DNA of 64,000 bases from an uncultured delta proteobacterium (lineage in GTDB: Bacteria > Myxococcota_A > Polyangia > Palsa-1104): positions 1-64,000 of the forward strand of contig CAWAWS010000013.1 of assembly GCA_963785725.1 (NCBI GenBank), read 5' to 3'. Below the pieces are notes generated by a model. That model did not search any database and had not been told where the DNA came from. It saw only the letters and a list, made by a program, of their open reading frames with translations. Position 1 is the stretch's first letter, and each line of letters starts with the position of its first letter. Positions 12,991-22,436 of the stretch are shown piece after piece. The position numbers and the translations under genes are program-made.

Positions 12991-14136
12991 ATGATGCGAA
13001 CCGCGATCGTGCTCTGCGTGCTCGTGACGAGCGGCGGCGCGCGGGCCGAGCGGCGCTGGCTGCGCGCCAACTTTCACGCGCACGCGGCGGCCGATCACGT
13101 CGACGACGACGGCGCGGAGACGGCGGCGCAGCTGCATCAGGCGGTGCGCGCGGCCGGCTTCGACTTCTCGCTGCATACGCCGCATTGCGTGAAGGACCAG
13201 GGCGCGACGGGCGCGCAGCATTATCTCGACCAGCGCGCCGAGGAGTCGCAGCTGAAGGTGCCGGGGTTGACGATCGCCCTCGGTGAAGAGCTGTCGGTCG
13301 CCGACGGGCCGAGCTACGCGCGGCGCACGACCGTGCTGGGCCGGCCGGCGCCAGGCAACCTCAATCACCTTACGATCCTCGGCAACAAGTCGCTCCTGCC
13401 CTATCGTCAGCTGAGCCCGGCGCAAGCGTGCGATCGCGCGCACAAGGACGGCGGCGTCTGCATCGTCAATCACGCCGGCCCCGGTCCGATGATGTGGGAA
13501 GAGGGTTACTGGGAAGCGCCCGCCAATCGCGGTCACGTCGACGGGCTCGAGGTTTACAACGGCGAGGCCTTGGGCGCGATCGGCATCGACTTCGAGAGCC
13601 GTTATCGCGAGGCGACGGCCTATCGCGGGCTCGGCCTGAAGATCGCGGCGACGACGGGCGCGGACACGCACGGGCCCGAGTCGGTGGCCAAGACGCAGGC
13701 GAAGCTGGCGGGATTCGCCGGGCCGGCGAAGAAGCTCGTGCACCTGATGTTGCCGGCGGCGACGAGCGCGCGACCGGAGCTGGAGGCGGCGACGCTCGTG
13801 CAAATCGACGACGGGCCGGACGTGACCGCGGCGGTCATCGCGGCCATCAAAGCGCGGCGCACGGTCGCGACCGACGCGCTGCCGAATCTGACCGTCGCGC
13901 TCGACGGGATCGGCGAGACGCGGCGCCGGCGCGACGTGCAGCTGTCGCTGCGGCTGTCGCGGCGCTTGGCCGAAGTGACGCTCTATCGCGAAGGCACGGC
14001 GCTGCAGACGTGGCACGACACGGACGCGGTCGATTTCGCGGAGACGATCGCGACGCCGGCGGCCTACGTCTTCGGCGCGCGCGACGGCAACGGCCGCCTC
14101 CTGACGTCGGCGATTTGGTACGAGCCGCCCAAGTAG
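12991..14136 (+). CDS. Secreted PHP-domain metallohydrolase (CehA/McbA-like)
   Basis: Signal peptide; WLRANFHAH, TPH, GEE, VNH, GLEVYNG, GADTH motifs. Confidence 0.75.
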   Translation: MMRTAIVLCVLVTSGGARAERRWLRANFHAHAAADHVDDDGAETAAQLHQAVRAAGFDFSLHTPHCVKDQGATGAQHYLDQRAEESQLKVPGLTIALGEELSVADGPSYARRTTVLGRPAPGNLNHLTILGNKSLLPYRQLSPAQACDRAHKDGGVCIVNHAGPGPMMWEEGYWEAPANRGHVDGLEVYNGEALGAIGIDFESRYREATAYRGLGLKIAATTGADTHGPESVAKTQAKLAGFAGPAKKLVHLMLPAATSARPELEAATLVQIDDGPDVTAAVIAAIKARRTVATDALPNLTVALDGIGETRRRRDVQLSLRLSRRLAEVTLYREGTALQTWHDTDAVDFAETIATPAAYVFGARDGNGRLLTSAIWYEPPK

Positions 14137-14139
14137 CCG

Positions 14140-14439
14140 CTACGGCATCAGCGACCACAAGAGCGAGTGCGCGGTCGCCGAAGCCCACAGCGTACGCGTT
14201 CGTCCGCGCAGCACACCGAAGCCGACGCCTTGCGCGAAGAGCGCGACGAGCCGCGGCGGAGCGAGCTCGCCGTGCGCCATTGTAAACAGCGCCGCGACGA
14301 TGACGAGGCCGAGCCCGTAGCCGCAGCGACGCATGAGCGGTGGCTGCAGGTAGCCGCGAAACAGCGACTCCTCGACGAACGACGCGAGCGCGCCCATCGC
14401 CAACAGCTGCGCCCGCTCGTTCGAGACGCGCAGCTGCAT
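14140..14439 (-). CDS. Short CPBP (Abi/CAAX) intramembrane metalloprotease core, possibly N-terminally truncated
   Basis: EESLFRG, LFTMAH, AH motifs; only 99 aa. Confidence 0.6.
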   Translation of the reverse strand: MQLRVSNERAQLLAMGALASFVEESLFRGYLQPPLMRRCGYGLGLVIVAALFTMAHGELAPPRLVALFAQGVGFGVLRGRTRTLWASATAHSLLWSLMP

Positions 14440-14508
14440 GACGAACGGACAGCGCGCGCAGCCGCCGGTTCCGCCGTCGTGCGCGCGGTCACGCCCTGCG
14501 CAGCCGCG

Positions 14509-14688
14509 TCAGATGCCGTAGATTTTACGTAAATGCGCGGCGCACAAGAACGTCGCGTCGCCCGTTCTCTGTCGCTCGCGCGCGCAATCGGGACAGTGGT
14601 CGGCGTCGGGAAACGTCTCCTCGACGCGCAAGAGCGACTTGGCCCGCTCGATTTCGAGGAGATGCTTGGCCTTGTCCTCGTCCTTCAT
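14509..14688 (-). CDS. 59-aa small protein with CxxC...CxxH zinc-binding motif (absent from the ORF track)
   Basis: Hand translation: MKDEDKAKHLLEIERAKSLLRVEETFPDADHCPDCARERQRTGDATFLCAAHLRKIYGI; starts 15 nt after the acyl-CoA ligase stop. Confidence 0.7.
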   Translation of the reverse strand: MKDEDKAKHLLEIERAKSLLRVEETFPDADHCPDCARERQRTGDATFLCAAHLRKIYGI

Positions 14689-14703
14689 CGCGCGTCGCTC
14701 GCC

Positions 14704-16479
14704 TCAGGAGTAGAGCTTGTCGAGCGCGTTGCCGTAGCGCGCCAACACGTTGCGCCGCTTGACCTTCATCGTCGGCGTCAGCAGATCGTTCGCCGTCGTG
14801 AACTCCTCGTCGGCGATGACGAACTTCTTGATGCGCTCGTAGCTCTTCCAGTCGCTCGAATACTTGTCGAGCTCCTTCGAAATGAGCTCGCGCATCTGCG
14901 GGCTCGACATGATCGCCGTCAGCGACGTGCCTTGCAGCCCATTCTCTTCCGCCCACTTTTGCGCGTTCTGATGATTGGGCACGATGATGGCGACGTTGTA
15001 CGGCTTGTCGGCGCCGTGCAGCATCACCTGCGCGATGAACGGCGACAGCGTCAGCTTCTCTTCCAGCGGCGCCGGCGCGACGTACTTGCCGTTCTGCAGC
15101 TTGTACAGCTCCTTGACGCGGCCGGTGACGCTGAGAAAGCCGTCCTTGTCGAAGCGGCCGAGATCGCCGGTGCGCAAGCCGCCTTTGGCCGTCATCACGC
15201 GCGCGGTCTCTTCCGGCTGGTTGTTGTAGCCGGCCATGACGCCGGTGCCGTAGATGATGATCTCGCCGTTCTCGGCGTCGCCGCCGGGCGCGTCGTGATC
15301 GAGCTCGAGCTGCACGCCGGGCAGCGCTTTGCCGACGGTGCCGATGCGGCGCGCGCTCGGCTGATTGCAACAGGCGATGCCGCTCGACTCGGTCATGCCG
15401 TAGCCTTCGTAGACGTCGATGCCCAAGTTGTCGACGAACTCGGCGACGTCGGGCGACAGCGCGGCCGCGCCCGAGCAGGCGAACTGCAGCTTGCCGCCGA
15501 AGCGCGCTTTGATCTTGCCGAACACCAGCGCCTTGGCCAGCGGCAACGCGACGCGCTCGCCCAAGGTCGGCGACTGACCGCGCTTCTGCTTCGAGCGGCA
15601 GCGCAGCGCGGACTCGAACATCCAGCGAATCAGCTTCGGCTTCTCGGCGACGTTGGCCTGCACGCCCGCGTAGATGCGGTTCCAAATTTGCGGCACGGCG
15701 TAGAGCACCGTCGGCTTGACCTCGCCCAAATATTCGAGGATGCGCTCGCGCTTCTCGCAGATCGCCATCGAGGCGCCGATCGAGATCATGCCGTGCAGCT
15801 CGACCGAGCCGCCGTAGACGTGCGCCCACGGCAAGAAGGCGAGCGAACGGTGCGAGCCGTCGATGGGCACGACCTCTTGGAAGCCGGAGACGTTGCCGGC
15901 CAAGTTCGCGTGCGACAGGCGAACGCCCTTCGGTTTCCCCGTGGTGCCCGACGTGTAGATGAAGAGCGCGATGTCCGAAGGCGCCGGCGTGATCGCCGGA
16001 ACATCGCGCGCGGCGCCCGATTTCATCAGCGCAGCGAACGAATTGTCGTCTGGCGCGTCGAAGTCGATGACATGTTTCAGCGACGGAATCTCGCCCGCGA
16101 ACGCGCGCACGCGCTTGCCGATGGCGTCACCGGCGACCAAGCACACGCTGGCCGCGCAATCAGCGATGATGTATTGCCAATCGCCGTCGAGCTGCGACTC
16201 GTACATCGGCACGTAGATGGCGCCGAGCGACAGCGTGGCATAGGCGGCGACGGCCCATTCGAGCCGGTTGTTGGCGATGACGGCGACGCGATCGCCGCGC
16301 CCGATGCCGCGCTGCGCGAGGCCGGCGCGGCACTGCTCGACGAGCGCGCCGAGCTCGGCGAACGTCGTCCAGCGCCAACCCTCGTCGCGACGAACGCCGA
16401 ACACCGGTCGCTCGGCGAGGCGGCCCACGACGTCATGGAGCATGGTGACGAGATCGGTGAACCGGGGCGTGAATGTCAT
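14704..16479 (-). CDS. fadD: Long-chain fatty acid-CoA ligase (AMP-binding, FAA1/FadD15-like)
   Basis: IYTSGTTGKPKG, EGYGMTE, TGDLG, GRVKELYKLQNGKYVAP, LTPTMKVKR. Confidence 0.92.
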   Translation of the reverse strand: MTFTPRFTDLVTMLHDVVGRLAERPVFGVRRDEGWRWTTFAELGALVEQCRAGLAQRGIGRGDRVAVIANNRLEWAVAAYATLSLGAIYVPMYESQLDGDWQYIIADCAASVCLVAGDAIGKRVRAFAGEIPSLKHVIDFDAPDDNSFAALMKSGAARDVPAITPAPSDIALFIYTSGTTGKPKGVRLSHANLAGNVSGFQEVVPIDGSHRSLAFLPWAHVYGGSVELHGMISIGASMAICEKRERILEYLGEVKPTVLYAVPQIWNRIYAGVQANVAEKPKLIRWMFESALRCRSKQKRGQSPTLGERVALPLAKALVFGKIKARFGGKLQFACSGAAALSPDVAEFVDNLGIDVYEGYGMTESSGIACCNQPSARRIGTVGKALPGVQLELDHDAPGGDAENGEIIIYGTGVMAGYNNQPEETARVMTAKGGLRTGDLGRFDKDGFLSVTGRVKELYKLQNGKYVAPAPLEEKLTLSPFIAQVMLHGADKPYNVAIIVPNHQNAQKWAEENGLQGTSLTAIMSSPQMRELISKELDKYSSDWKSYERIKKFVIADEEFTTANDLLTPTMKVKRRNVLARYGNALDKLYS

Positions 16480-16575
16480 GGCGCGTCAGTATACCGCGAA
16501 AACGCCACAAACGGGTGCGGTGACCCGCACTTGCCGCTTGCCTTCGCTCGCCGCGCGGTTGCAAGATGCGCCCCT

Positions 16576-17124
16576 ATGCGTTCGCTCCTGGTCGTCGCCG
16601 CCGCTGTCGCGCTGTTTCTGGCGGCTGGCGCGTGCGGCTCACAAATTACCGTGCCCGACCAAGGCGTCATCGTCCTCGGCTGCCGTACTCCCAGCTTCTG
16701 CTACACGACCACCTGCGACTGCCTCCGCGCGTCGACCGCCGGCCCGCCCGACGACGATCACCCGGGTGGCGCCTGTGTCGTGACCGCCGTCTGCGACGAC
16801 GGCTTGCCGCCGTCCAAGACCGACGATCCCGGCAGCTGCTACTGCCCGGCCACTTCGCCCGGCGTCGACGGCGGCGACATTACCGTCCAGTGCGAGGAGC
16901 CGTCGATGCTCTGCGTCGGTCGCGGCCCGGTCTGCACCGGCGCCGGCGCCTACTGCTTGCAGGCCGGCTCCACGCAGGCCAGCTGCGGAATCGACTCCGG
17001 CGACCCGCCGCAGCTCGTCCCGGTCGCAGGTCAACCGACGCTCGAGCCGCGCTGCCAGTTCACCGACGACATCTGCTGCGCCGGCACCGAGCAGCCCGAC
17101 CTCGGCGTCCCCGAAACCGACTAA
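16576..17124 (+). CDS. Cys-rich lipoprotein
   Basis: MRSLLVVAAAVALFLAAGAC signal with lipobox; many Cys; it is the 3' part of the spurious long ORF 14533-17124. Confidence 0.75.
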   Translation: MRSLLVVAAAVALFLAAGACGSQITVPDQGVIVLGCRTPSFCYTTTCDCLRASTAGPPDDDHPGGACVVTAVCDDGLPPSKTDDPGSCYCPATSPGVDGGDITVQCEEPSMLCVGRGPVCTGAGAYCLQAGSTQASCGIDSGDPPQLVPVAGQPTLEPRCQFTDDICCAGTEQPDLGVPETD

Positions 17125-17203
17125 TTCCCAGCACATCCGCAGCGCGCGGCCTGACGAGCTCGTCGGCCGCGCGGCGCCCCATTCACGCGATGAAACGCGC
17201 CCG

Positions 17204-18055
17204 CTAGTAGTGCAGGATGCGGTCGAGGTTCTCGAGCTCCCAACGCGACGCGCGCGCGTAGTGCTCGAACTCGGCCTCTTCCTTCATGAACTCGGGCGTG
17301 TGGAACTGCCGCCTGCCGCCGACGACCGGGATGTCGTGCTTCTGATGCAGCATCTCGTGATAGACGATCCACTCCACGAACAGCCGCGGCACGAACGGCC
17401 GATCGAGCGATGCGTGGATGCGAATCAGCCGATCTTCGACCGCGTACGAGCCCATCTTGATCGACGTGCGCCGCCGCCGCTTGCCGCCCGGCTGCGCACG
17501 CTGGCTCCACGTGATGCGCGCCTCGATGCGGTTGTTGAAGTAGCGCGCGTTGATCTGATCGTAAATTTCCTGCAGATCGTGCACTTCACCGCGCGTCTCG
17601 ATCGTAAAGACCGTCGGCCGCCGGCGGCGCGCGCGGCGAATCTTGCGCTGGTTGACGTCGATGAAGCGCGACAACGCCTGCGACGCGTCGCGATCGTTGC
17701 GCGCCACATAACGCCCCACGGCATCGACGACTTCGTGATCGGCGTCGAGGAACATGTGGTGCAAGCGCAGGCGAAAGAGGCCCTTCTCGCGCTTGACCGA
17801 AATCATCGTGTAGCGATTGTCGGTCACCGCGAGCGCCAGCCGCGCTTCCGGTGCATGCGCGCCCATCGCATCGAAGATTCGCTCTTCGAGCTGCTTGCGC
17901 GCCTGCTCGTCATCGACCGGTGGCGCCTCTTTGCGTCGCGGCGTGACCGGCTGTATCGATCGCGTGCGCGCCAATTTGGGCGCCTGCGCGGCACGCGTGG
18001 GTGGCTCCGAGAGCGGGCTTTCCAAGAGTCGCGGGGTCAGCTCGAGGCGATTCAC
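17204..18055 (-). CDS. SprT/YgjP-like zinc metalloprotease
   Basis: VYHEMLH...H..EF...E, IN.RYF, MGSY, IRIH..LD. GTG at 18055 preceded by GGAGG. Confidence 0.8.
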   Translation of the reverse strand: MNRLELTPRLLESPLSEPPTRAAQAPKLARTRSIQPVTPRRKEAPPVDDEQARKQLEERIFDAMGAHAPEARLALAVTDNRYTMISVKREKGLFRLRLHHMFLDADHEVVDAVGRYVARNDRDASQALSRFIDVNQRKIRRARRRRPTVFTIETRGEVHDLQEIYDQINARYFNNRIEARITWSQRAQPGGKRRRRTSIKMGSYAVEDRLIRIHASLDRPFVPRLFVEWIVYHEMLHQKHDIPVVGGRRQFHTPEFMKEEAEFEHYARASRWELENLDRILHY

Positions 18056-18234
18056 GAAGACCTCCCAAGACATCAGAATCAAAAGGTAATTACTAATGCG
18101 CCCGGATCGAAACCGACGAAAAAGTATATCGTCGGCAAGCCCGTGTCGCAACTTATCCCCAGTCCGAATCATTATCGCCTGCGCTTGTAGGAAGTTGCGT
18201 GTTCGGGCGGTTTTTTTGGCGGTAATATTTGCAC

Positions 18235-18894
18235 ATGGTGCGGGTTCTGTTCTTCGCGGTGGTCCGTGAGCGTCTCGGTCGTGATTCCGATGAGTTGGCG
18301 CATTCACCGGGCATGACCGCGGGCCAGCTGTTGGACGTTTTGCAGGCGCGCCACCCCGCTTTGGCCGGGCTGCGTTCGGCCATAAAGGTGGCTGTTAACG
18401 AGGACTTCGCGCCGCTCGACCGGGTCCTGGCCGACGGCGATGTCGTGGCCTTGATCCCGCCGGTCGCCGGCGGCGCCGCCGGGCTGTTCGCGCTCCGCGA
18501 CGAGCCGCTCAGCCTGGACGAGGTCGTCCGCGCGGTCACGAGCGAGGAGCTGGGCGGCATCGCGACCTTCACCGGCATCGTGCGCCGGCACAGTCGCGGC
18601 AAGCGCGTCGTGCGGCTCGAGTACGAGGCGTACCGGCCGATGGCCGAGCGCAAGCTGCGCGAGATCGGCGCGCAGTTAATGATGGAGCAGCCGGGCGTGC
18701 AGCTGGCGATCGTGCATCGCGTGGGCGTGCTCGCCGTCGGTGAAGCGGCGGTGGTCATCGCGGCGGCGGCGGCGCATCGGGCGGCGGCGTTCGACGTCTG
18801 CCGCGCGGCGATCGATCGGCTCAAAGAGTCGGTGCCGATCTGGAAGCGGGAAGTGACCGAGGATGGCGCGACCTGGATCGGGCTCGGTCCGTAG
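18235..18894 (+). CDS. moaDE: Fused molybdopterin synthase MoaD-MoaE (MoaX-type)
   Basis: VRVLFFA...AVNE...DGDVVALIPPVAGG (MoaD), then GGIATFTGIVR, LEYEAY, HR.G.L, LKESVPIWKRE (MoaE). Confidence 0.92.
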   Translation: MVRVLFFAVVRERLGRDSDELAHSPGMTAGQLLDVLQARHPALAGLRSAIKVAVNEDFAPLDRVLADGDVVALIPPVAGGAAGLFALRDEPLSLDEVVRAVTSEELGGIATFTGIVRRHSRGKRVVRLEYEAYRPMAERKLREIGAQLMMEQPGVQLAIVHRVGVLAVGEAAVVIAAAAAHRAAAFDVCRAAIDRLKESVPIWKREVTEDGATWIGLGP

Positions 18895-19034
18895 CTGCGC
18901 GCGCGTTGAAAGCGCAATCGGGCTCACGAGCTTTCCGCACAAGTACGAATTCTGTGCGACATGTAGCAACTTCTTCCGCCCTTTGACCGAAGACCTAAAC
19001 AGACGGTTCGCAGAACGGCAAAGGGAGGATCGGC

Positions 19035-20358
19035 ATGGTGATGCTGCTGGACGCGGACTTCGCGCCGCGCGGGGAGCAGCGCGGCGCAACGCGGCCCGTC
19101 GACGATGATGGTCGCTTCGGGCGCCTCGTGCTGCTGACGCCCGATGGGCAGCGGCGCTCGGTCGCGCGCGAAATCGCCATCGGCAGCGCGCCCGACAACG
19201 ATCTGTGTCTGCTCAATGATCCCTGCGTGTCGCGTCGCCATTGTGTGATCGCGCCGGTGGACGGCCGCTTCGTCGTGCGCGATTTGGTGTCGACGAACGG
19301 CACGTGGGTCAATGGCGTGCGCGTGCCGCACGCCGAGCTGCGGCCGGGGACGATCTTGACCGTCGGTGGCACGCGCCTGCGCGTCGTGCTCGACGATCGC
19401 ACCGACGCGGCCATCGTCGGCGAATCGGGCGCCATGCAGCGACTGCGCGCCGACATCGGCAAGCTGTCGACGGTGCCGCTGCCGGTGTTGATTTACGGCG
19501 AGACGGGGACGGGCAAAGAGCTCGTGGCCAAGGCGCTGCACGAGCAGAGCGGACGGCGCGGACAGTTCGTCCCCGTCAATTGCGGCTCGATCCCGAAGGA
19601 TCTGATCGAGAGCGAGCTGTTCGGGCACGAGCGCGGGCGCCTTTACGGGCGCGGGCGCGCGGCGCAACGGGCTGTTTCAGGAGGCCGATCGCGGGACGCT
19701 GTTCCTCGACGAGATCGGCGAGCTGCCCGAGCAGCTGCAGACGCGGCTGTTGCGGGCGCTCGAGAACGGCGTCGTGCGCCCGGTCGGCGCGACGCGCGAG
19801 GCGATGGTCAACGTGCGCGTCGTCGCGGCGACGCACGTCGATCTCGAGCGCGCCGTGGCCGACGGCCGCTTTCGGCGCGACCTCTATTATCGCTTGGCGG
19901 CGGCGGTCATCACGACGCCGACCTTGCGGGCGCGACGCAGCGACGTGCCGCTCTTGGCCGAGCGAATTCTGCAGGAAGAGGCGGCGATGGGTCTGCGCTG
20001 CCAGCTGTCGGCCGACGCGATGGCGTCGCTGATGGAGTATCCGTGGCCGGGCAACGTGCGCGAGCTGAAGAACGTGCTGCGACGGGCGGCGGCGCTCGGC
20101 GGGACCATCTTGGAGCCGCACGATTTTACGTTCGGCAGCGCGCTGGCGACGATGGAAGACGACGACTCGGTGCAGATTCAGGGGCAGACGTTCGAGCAGA
20201 TCGAGCGGCAGGTGCTGGAGCGGACGGTGCGGCGTTGCGGCGGGAATCAGCGGGCGGCGTCGGAGGAGCTGCGCATCCCGCGGTCGACGTTGAACGACAA
20301 GCTGCGCCGTTACGGCATCGAGCCGGCGCAGCCGACGGGGCGCAAAGAGCGGCGCTGA
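19035..20358 (+). CDS. FHA-domain sigma-54 enhancer-binding protein; apparent frameshift near 19637
   Basis: FHA (IGS, VSRRH, STNGT), GETGTGKE, ESELFGHERGAFTGA restored by removing one [15 protein letters not shown], Fis HTH. Confidence 0.88.
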
Positions 20359-20366
20359 ACGATCGA

Positions 20367-21837
20367 TTATTCGGTGGCGGGCGCGGGCGGTGGTGCGGGT
20401 GCGGGGGCCTCTTCGGTCGTGCCGCCACCACCGCCGGCGGCACCGTTGCCGCCGACTCCGCTGCCGCCGACGCTGGCATTGACACCGCCGCGGAAGCCGG
20501 GCCGCATCATGCGCGGTGTCGGCGTCGGCGTCGAGCCGGCCGGAGTGTCGCTCTGCGCGCCCGGCGGCGATGAGGCGCTGCCTGCGCCCGGCGGCGGCGG
20601 TGAGCCGGAAGGCGGCGCGACACCGGCGCCGCCGCCGACCGGCGGCGCCTCATTGTTCGCCGGCGGCGGAGGAGGAGGCGGCGGCGACGCGTAGACGGGC
20701 GGCGGCGGCAACGTCGGCATCGGCGTCGGCGCTTGCGGTAGCGCGCGCGGCGGCGGCGTCGCGACCGTCGTCGTCGGCGGCGGCGACGACGGGCCGCCGG
20801 CCGAGGTCACGCCCGGCGGCGGAATCCCGACTCGGGATGACCTGCATGCTCATGAGCGCGCCGGTCAGCTGGATGCCGATATAGCCGTCGCCGCGTTTGC
20901 CGGACGCGCCCAGGCCGTTGTTGACGAGCTCGATCGTCGGCTCGCGCTTGATCAGCGCCTCCGACGGACGAAACTTCAAGTACGCGTGCATCTGCGACAG
21001 GCCGATCGGATCGCGCAGCTCCAAGTAGCCGTCGAGCGTCATGTCGACGTCGGCCGAATGGACGCGCACGCCTTCGAAGCGCGCCCGGCCCTTGTCGACG
21101 ATGACTTGGCCGCCGAGCTTGCCGACCTGAATGCGCGGGAACGTGATGCCGGCGGAGAGGAACGGATCGTTGGGGACGGTGAGCTTGGCCTTGCCGTCGC
21201 CGATGGCAGCATCCTCGAGGTCGATGTCGATGGTGCCCGACGTGTTGCCGACGAGGTTTTTGAGGACGTCGAGGTCGAGGCTGCCCGAGAGCGTGCCTTC
21301 CAGCGGCAAGCCGACCGCCTGCTGAATGCTGGGCACGCCGCCGAGGACGAGCTTGTCGAGATCGATCCTCATCTTCGTGCCGTCGTTGTTGCCGGACAGC
21401 TGCCCCGACGCCTCGCCCGACAGCGCGTGCGCCTTGAACGAGTAGCTCGTCTTGCCGAACAGCGTCGACAACACGCCCAGCCGAATGCGCAGATCGTCGA
21501 CGAGATAGCGCGTCGGCTTCTCGGTGACGTTGATCGGCCGCGTGCGCAGCACGATGTCGCTGGCCTTGAAGCCGAAGCCGGTCAGCATCGTCAGGTCGAG
21601 GTCGCCGATGGTCACGTCCATGCCGAGCGCCATCGGCTGGCCCGTCGACACGTCGGCCGACAGCGCCGCCTCCAGCCGATCTTTGACGCGCTCTTTCGGC
21701 ACCGACGTCAAGAACATCGACACGGCGACGACGAGCGCGAACGCCGGATAGCCGATCCACGACAAGAGCTGCTTTTGCCGCGCCGTCAGCTCGACTTGCT
21801 GCCAACGATCGACGAGTGCTTGCAGACGCGGGTTCAA
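20367..21837 (-). CDS. gspN: Type II secretion protein GspN with Pro-rich C-terminal tail; apparent frameshift near 20820
   Basis: N-terminal TM, beta-rich body, last gene of the gsp operon; TTGA overlap with the gspM stop. Confidence 0.75.
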
Positions 21838-22427
21838 CTTTTGTCTTCCTTCTTGCTCGTGCCCTTGCCCGTGTCGGCTTTTCGCTCGTAGGTCGAGACC
21901 GTCATCGTCACGTCGAGCTGCTCGTGCTTGTCGTCGCGCGTGTGCACCTCGAGGGCGGTCACGACGACCATGCTGCGGCCGGTCTCGACGGCTTTGAGGA
22001 ACTTCGTCAGCTGCTCCAGCGTGACCGCGCCCAAGCGGAGCTCGACGCTGCGCTCGATGAACGCCTTGTTCGACGTCGCCTGCTCGCGCGGCGTCGACTC
22101 GGGAATCTCGACGCCCGCGTCCTTGGCCGCCTGCTCGAGATAGCCCTGCAGCTGCACCGGCGTCTGGCCGAGCCGCGTCTCTTGCTGCGCCGCCTTCGCC
22201 TTCATGCGCAGATAGGCGTCGCGCTGCGTGTCGAGGTCGCGCAGCGCTTGGCGCATGTCGCTGTTGCGCTGATCGAGCGTCTCGAGGCCGTCGGTGATGA
22301 AGTAGCCGATGCCGAGCGTCAAGAGCACGACGGCCGTCGCCAACATGGCGCTGACCAGCGTCCGCTCGCGCTGCGATAGGCGCTCCCACTTATCTCTTAA
22401 TGCTTGTAGTCGTTCACTGAGCGTCAT
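21834..22427 (-). CDS. gspM: Type II secretion protein GspM
   Basis: WERLSQRER, TM, coiled coil, LEQLTKFLKAVE. Confidence 0.82.
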   Translation of the reverse strand: MTLSERLQALRDKWERLSQRERTLVSAMLATAVVLLTLGIGYFITDGLETLDQRNSDMRQALRDLDTQRDAYLRMKAKAAQQETRLGQTPVQLQGYLEQAAKDAGVEIPESTPREQATSNKAFIERSVELRLGAVTLEQLTKFLKAVETGRSMVVVTALEVHTRDDKHEQLDVTMTVSTYERKADTGKGTSKKEDKS

Positions 22428-22436
22428 TCTGATTCC

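Noticed and set aside
18895..19034. c-di-GMP/cGAMP (GEMM) riboswitch
   Set aside because: GAAA and CCTAAA words are present, but the conserved junction pattern and spacing could not be matched.
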